Source of the DNA: a virus
Reading direction: 5' to 3' (one strand)
Virus record (IMG/VR): IMGVR_UViG_3300046330_000229
Coordinates: 18,266-82,265 of that record
Length of the DNA stretch: 64,000 nt
How positions within the stretch are numbered: position 1 is the first letter of the stretch; each line of letters opens with the position of its first letter. Position numbers and translations under genes: made by a program. Below are positions 60,240-64,000 of the stretch, in pieces. A model generated the notes under the pieces. That model was not told the origin of the DNA. It made no database searches and saw nothing but the letters and a program-made list of their open reading frames with translations.

Positions 60240-61172
60240 CTACTTAGTTTGTTTCTGTTTTAAATAATTTACAAGACCTGTGAATTTTGGTATTAGTGGT
60301 GTTTCTGTAACCATTTTTGCAGAATCTTCATCTATAGCCCAATCAGGTAGTAATCCGGTTTTTTGATCCGCAAATATAGTATTTTGTGGATTAGCCTTAT
60401 TGTAAGCAGCATTATCTCCAAAATTTACAAAGCTATTTTGACCGCGAGTTTCTGTCGCCAAAGCTTTTTGTGCTTCAGGAGAGAACATAGCCTTGTGGTT
60501 TTGGTAGGCAACTTCTTCGCCTTTAGGACCAAAAGATGATTTAGGTTTCACATGCCCGTGATAATCATGTACCACTCTGAAAAGATCGTTAGCCAACATT
60601 TCGTCTCCAGAAGCATTAAATTTTCCAGTTTTTTGTAATAACGGGTTATCTAATACCTGTCCGGACCCGAATCCTTGTTCGGTAGGAAAGTATTTCATTT
60701 GATTTGACGATGTTACCGAATCAATAAGATCTTTAGATGACTTGTACGGATTTTCTCCTACAATTTTATCTACCTTTAGTCCACTTTTTACCAAATCGTC
60801 GTACTGAGAGGTTACTTCTTCAATTAGCTTTTGATACGCAGATTTTACCCCTGGGTCGGTTGGGTCGTGTTTCATTTCTTTAAATGCCCTAGCAACTCTA
60901 GATGCTAAATCCGGATTAAATGGTGCGATTTTAAGTGCAGCCTTTCCTATACCACCCAGTCCCATATTCAATACTGCATTTTCTGGGTCTGTAAGGTCAT
61001 TTGTGTGCTGCTTTCTATCTGCGACACTGATTTTAGGAATAGATACTCCTATATTTTCAAGGTAAGGATTTATTTTATCTGCTATAAAATTACGAGGTTC
61101 TTCGTCAAGATAGGTACTTTTATCTTGTTCTGCTATTTTATATTTTTCTAGTAAATTTTTTAGTCTATCCAT
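60240..61172 (-). CDS. putative internal virion protein with HDxxxH domain
   Basis: NDLFRVVHDYHGH...GEEVAY..H...ALATETRGQNS; lies in the late block. Confidence 0.55.
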   Translation of the reverse strand: MDRLKNLLEKYKIAEQDKSTYLDEEPRNFIADKINPYLENIGVSIPKISVADRKQHTNDLTDPENAVLNMGLGGIGKAALKIAPFNPDLASRVARAFKEMKHDPTDPGVKSAYQKLIEEVTSQYDDLVKSGLKVDKIVGENPYKSSKDLIDSVTSSNQMKYFPTEQGFGSGQVLDNPLLQKTGKFNASGDEMLANDLFRVVHDYHGHVKPKSSFGPKGEEVAYQNHKAMFSPEAQKALATETRGQNSFVNFGDNAAYNKANPQNTIFADQKTGLLPDWAIDEDSAKMVTETPLIPKFTGLVNYLKQKQTK

Positions 61173-61459
61173 TACTTAACTGCTGTATATACGGCTACGA
61201 GTAGTGTTATTACTGCACCAATAGAAGCTAACACTTTCAATGCACCGATAGACATATCTTTAAATGATTTAACTTCAGCGATGTCTTTGTCTTGACGAGC
61301 AGACCACTCTTCTAGGTTGTTTGATCTTCGAATATGTTCAGCTAAACTTGTTTCTTGTTTACCGAGAGTAACATCAATATTGTCCACTCGACTGTCTAAT
61401 TTGTCAAGCTTGCTGTCCAATTTATCTAGCTTTGCGATTATCGCCTTTGCATCCGACAT
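61172..61459 (-). CDS. coiled-coil protein with C-terminal TM (XhlA/holin-like)
   Basis: KLDKLDSKLDKLDS heptads, LAEHIRRS, terminal hydrophobic helix. Confidence 0.55.
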   Translation of the reverse strand: MSDAKAIIAKLDKLDSKLDKLDSRVDNIDVTLGKQETSLAEHIRRSNNLEEWSARQDKDIAEVKSFKDMSIGALKVLASIGAVITLLVAVYTAVK

Positions 61460-61471
61460 AAATACATCCTT

Positions 61472-63013
61472 TTATTTCTTATCGTCCTTAGTTAAAGTTC
61501 TAAACCACGGCTGTTGTGATAACACAAAAAGACTTCTGTCTCGCATAGTAGGTTCCATAGCTAATGTATCTGTTATTTTCTTACCTAAATTAGAATTACC
61601 TAACTTTGATGCTAGTTTTTGTGCCGTTTGTACAGCAATATTACTATCAAAAGCTTTAGCACCTTCACCGACAAGCTTAGCGCCGCCGTATAAAGCACCC
61701 TTACCAACAGCAGAAAACGTTTTCATATTACGAGGATCTGTAGCATCTGCTACTTCTCTATTGAACACTAAATCATCTGCTTGTGAACGTAACTTATTAA
61801 TATCATCTGTTTTACCAGTAACCAAACCTAGATCATCTAGCTTACTGCTGGCACGGTTAACAGGATTTCTTGTAGAAGTCTTTAGATCTTCAAATAGATT
61901 TCTAATTACTTCTAATTTTTTATTCTGATCAGACGAGTAAGACGTAGCGTCTACACCCCCAACACCTTTAAACGCGTCATCAGCTTGTGCGGCAGGAATA
62001 AAAGCTTTTTTTGCTTCCGAAAGACTTTGAGAATAAGTTGGGTTGTTAGCATAAATTGCATTGTTAACCCCGCTCATTGCTTCTTTAAGATCGCCACCTT
62101 GTAATCCGGCACCTTCAAATTGAGACTCGATGAATTTCATTTGTTTATCTATATCTTTAGCACTCATGTTATCTAAATTTGCTGACATATTCTTTATATC
62201 TTCAACAACTCCGCGATACTTAGAAGCATTCATATCTCTAGATAAATTATTGATAACTTCATCTAAAGCGTCTTGTGTTTGTCTAATGTTCTCAGGTTTA
62301 AGTTCAGATTTAATAGTACCAAGCTTAGTTCCAGCGGTCTTTACATTAGAAGCAGCTTCATCAGCTATACTAGTTATGCCTGATTTAATATCAGTAGCCA
62401 TAGTTTTAGCAACGTCGTCGCCAAGTTGACCTTTACGAGCAGCTCCAGCAACTTTACCCAAAGGCGTGTTCTTTAAAGCACCTAAAGTATTTCCAACACC
62501 AGCAACACTACCGCCCAATAGTCCACCAATAAGAGCACTCTGTGCAGTATCTTTGTATAGATCAGCATCGGTAATACTCGCTTCAGACTCACCAGCACCA
62601 GCTAATGCACCAGCACCAGCACCTACTGCTGTAGCACCTAAGATACCTTTACCAGCGTTTAATACAGCCATTCCAGGAACCAGTGATGTAGCTAATGCTC
62701 CACCGACTTGTCCCGTACCGTAAGTAATAGGATTTGCATCTTGTGCAGCAGCGTAGTTAGTTCTAGCTTCGTTACGAGCCTGTTCATACGTTTTATCAGG
62801 AACAACACCTAAGCTACCAAGAGCAGCTTCACCTGCACCTGTAATTTCATCAGCGAAACCAAAGCTCGCACCTTGACCTGTGCCACGAAGAAAGCTTTCT
62901 AATTTAGAAATACCTTCAGGTGATTCAAAATCACTAAAATCCATTTTAGGAGCAGAGTTAGCTTGTTGTTTTGGAGCGTCATCGAAATCTGAAAAATCAT
63001 ACTGTTTAGACAT
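61472..63013 (-). CDS. putative DNA ejection/internal virion protein
   Basis: RGTGQGASFGFADEI motif, Gly/Ala-rich TM-like helices, repeated DFSDF. Confidence 0.65.
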   Translation of the reverse strand: MSKQYDFSDFDDAPKQQANSAPKMDFSDFESPEGISKLESFLRGTGQGASFGFADEITGAGEAALGSLGVVPDKTYEQARNEARTNYAAAQDANPITYGTGQVGGALATSLVPGMAVLNAGKGILGATAVGAGAGALAGAGESEASITDADLYKDTAQSALIGGLLGGSVAGVGNTLGALKNTPLGKVAGAARKGQLGDDVAKTMATDIKSGITSIADEAASNVKTAGTKLGTIKSELKPENIRQTQDALDEVINNLSRDMNASKYRGVVEDIKNMSANLDNMSAKDIDKQMKFIESQFEGAGLQGGDLKEAMSGVNNAIYANNPTYSQSLSEAKKAFIPAAQADDAFKGVGGVDATSYSSDQNKKLEVIRNLFEDLKTSTRNPVNRASSKLDDLGLVTGKTDDINKLRSQADDLVFNREVADATDPRNMKTFSAVGKGALYGGAKLVGEGAKAFDSNIAVQTAQKLASKLGNSNLGKKITDTLAMEPTMRDRSLFVLSQQPWFRTLTKDDKK

Positions 63014-63996
63014 TAGATTTTACCCGCAGCCTTTAGTATTTTAACAGCTTCTTTACGATCTGTAATGTTATTCTTTTTCATAAAATTATCAACACGAGGG
63101 TCATTTTCAATACTAGGCGGTTTCATATCGACAGGATTCATCATCATAGGATCAATCATGTCTAAATCTTGCTCACCGAGTCCACGTTGTAATGCGTTCT
63201 TTTTAATACCGTCAACATGTCGGCCATATTGTTTTTGCGCCACTTGTCTATTTACTTCAGCAAGCTTCACAACTTGTTCGATAAATTCTTTAGGTATAAC
63301 ACGAGGGTTATTTCCTAGACGAGACATTTGATTTTCTAACACAGCTTTAAGTGAAACACCTTGTTGTGCCAAACCAATCTCACCCTCACGCACCGCTGAA
63401 TTGGGATCGAAGCCTCGAACTGTTCTATAAAGAACGTCGATGTCTTTAACTCCAGAAGGATCTTTAAGTGCGGACATAGCTGAAACATACTGTTCTTCTG
63501 CTGTAGTCATTTTTTTATACGGCTCAGATTTAGTGATACGATCATGTTGTCGTTCAGCGAAGTCTAAGTTTTTCATAGATTGTTTTTCGATTTTATTTGA
63601 AGCATTAGCCTCACGAGATAAAATCATATTATCACGTCTAGCATCCTGTGCCATTTTAGCTGAAACAATGTTACCAAGAATGCCTGTAGTTTTTTGTAAA
63701 TCGGCCATAGACATGTTATCGCTGATTTTAACAGGAAGATTAGCAGCTTGTGCGTAACTAAGCATATACTCACGATAAGCTTTAGAAACGTCACTATTCG
63801 GATCGTTCTCTTTTTCTTTATCACCAAGTTCCATTAATGCTTTTTTCTCAGCGATAGCATCTTTACGCTTATCAGAAATAGCACGCTCGTCTTCTTTAAT
63901 AGCAGTACGCTGTTCTTTTACATTAGTTACTTTATTACCAGCTAGGTCTCGAAAGTTACTTAATAAATTATTGTCAGCTTTACTTCCACCAGCCAT
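63013..63996 (-). CDS. putative ejection protein, probably 5'-truncated
   Basis: Helical; FDPNSAVREGE motif common in podovirus injection proteins; runs to the window edge. Confidence 0.55.
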   Translation of the reverse strand: MAGGSKADNNLLSNFRDLAGNKVTNVKEQRTAIKEDERAISDKRKDAIAEKKALMELGDKEKENDPNSDVSKAYREYMLSYAQAANLPVKISDNMSMADLQKTTGILGNIVSAKMAQDARRDNMILSREANASNKIEKQSMKNLDFAERQHDRITKSEPYKKMTTAEEQYVSAMSALKDPSGVKDIDVLYRTVRGFDPNSAVREGEIGLAQQGVSLKAVLENQMSRLGNNPRVIPKEFIEQVVKLAEVNRQVAQKQYGRHVDGIKKNALQRGLGEQDLDMIDPMMMNPVDMKPPSIENDPRVDNFMKKNNITDRKEAVKILKAAGKI

Positions 63997-64000
63997 AGCG

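Noticed and set aside
1-64000. Alternative genetic code or stop-codon recoding
   Set aside because: Long core genes are intact under the standard code, and TAA, TAG and TGA all end genes.

Overview
This window is a 64 kb, AT-rich piece of a tailed dsDNA phage genome with podovirus-like architecture. No integrase, CRISPR array, rRNA or canonical tRNA was seen. The minus strand at both ends carries late genes: terminase, portal, fibre-like proteins, scaffold and major capsid at 0.8-12.8 kb, and probable ejection/internal virion proteins at 60.2-64 kb. The plus strand from 12.9 to 60.2 kb carries early and middle genes. These include two ClpP-like proteases, three AAA+ ATPases (one a MoxR-type/vWA pair), a DUF5664 dATP/dGTP hydrolase, a lytic transglycosylase, a SET-domain protein, a Mom-like DNA modifier, a collagen lipoprotein, NrdAB, a subtilisin, a PD-(D/E)XK nuclease, ERF, an AEP primase-helicase, PolA and HNH nucleases. 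A gene-poor stretch at 23.76-24.99 kb probably holds the genome end. Main unexplained structures: (1) about 14 tandem short paralogs sharing a hydrophobic-G-x-x-P motif, right behind the MoxR/vWA pair; (2) promoters for three host sigma factors (sigma70, sigma54 with IHF sites, sigma28/FliA) plus a phage-specific late motif TTAACATATAT; (3) a dense cluster of sigma54 sites at the presumed terminus; (4) a ~365 nt structured ORF-free element with its own promoter, converging on the mom gene; (5) a tRNA-like ~190 nt RNA upstream of nrdB. The sigma28/sigma54 usage and the exported hydrolases suggest a motile deltaproteobacterial-type host such as Bdellovibrionota, but this is inference only. All protein calls come from motif recognition by eye; no database search was run.
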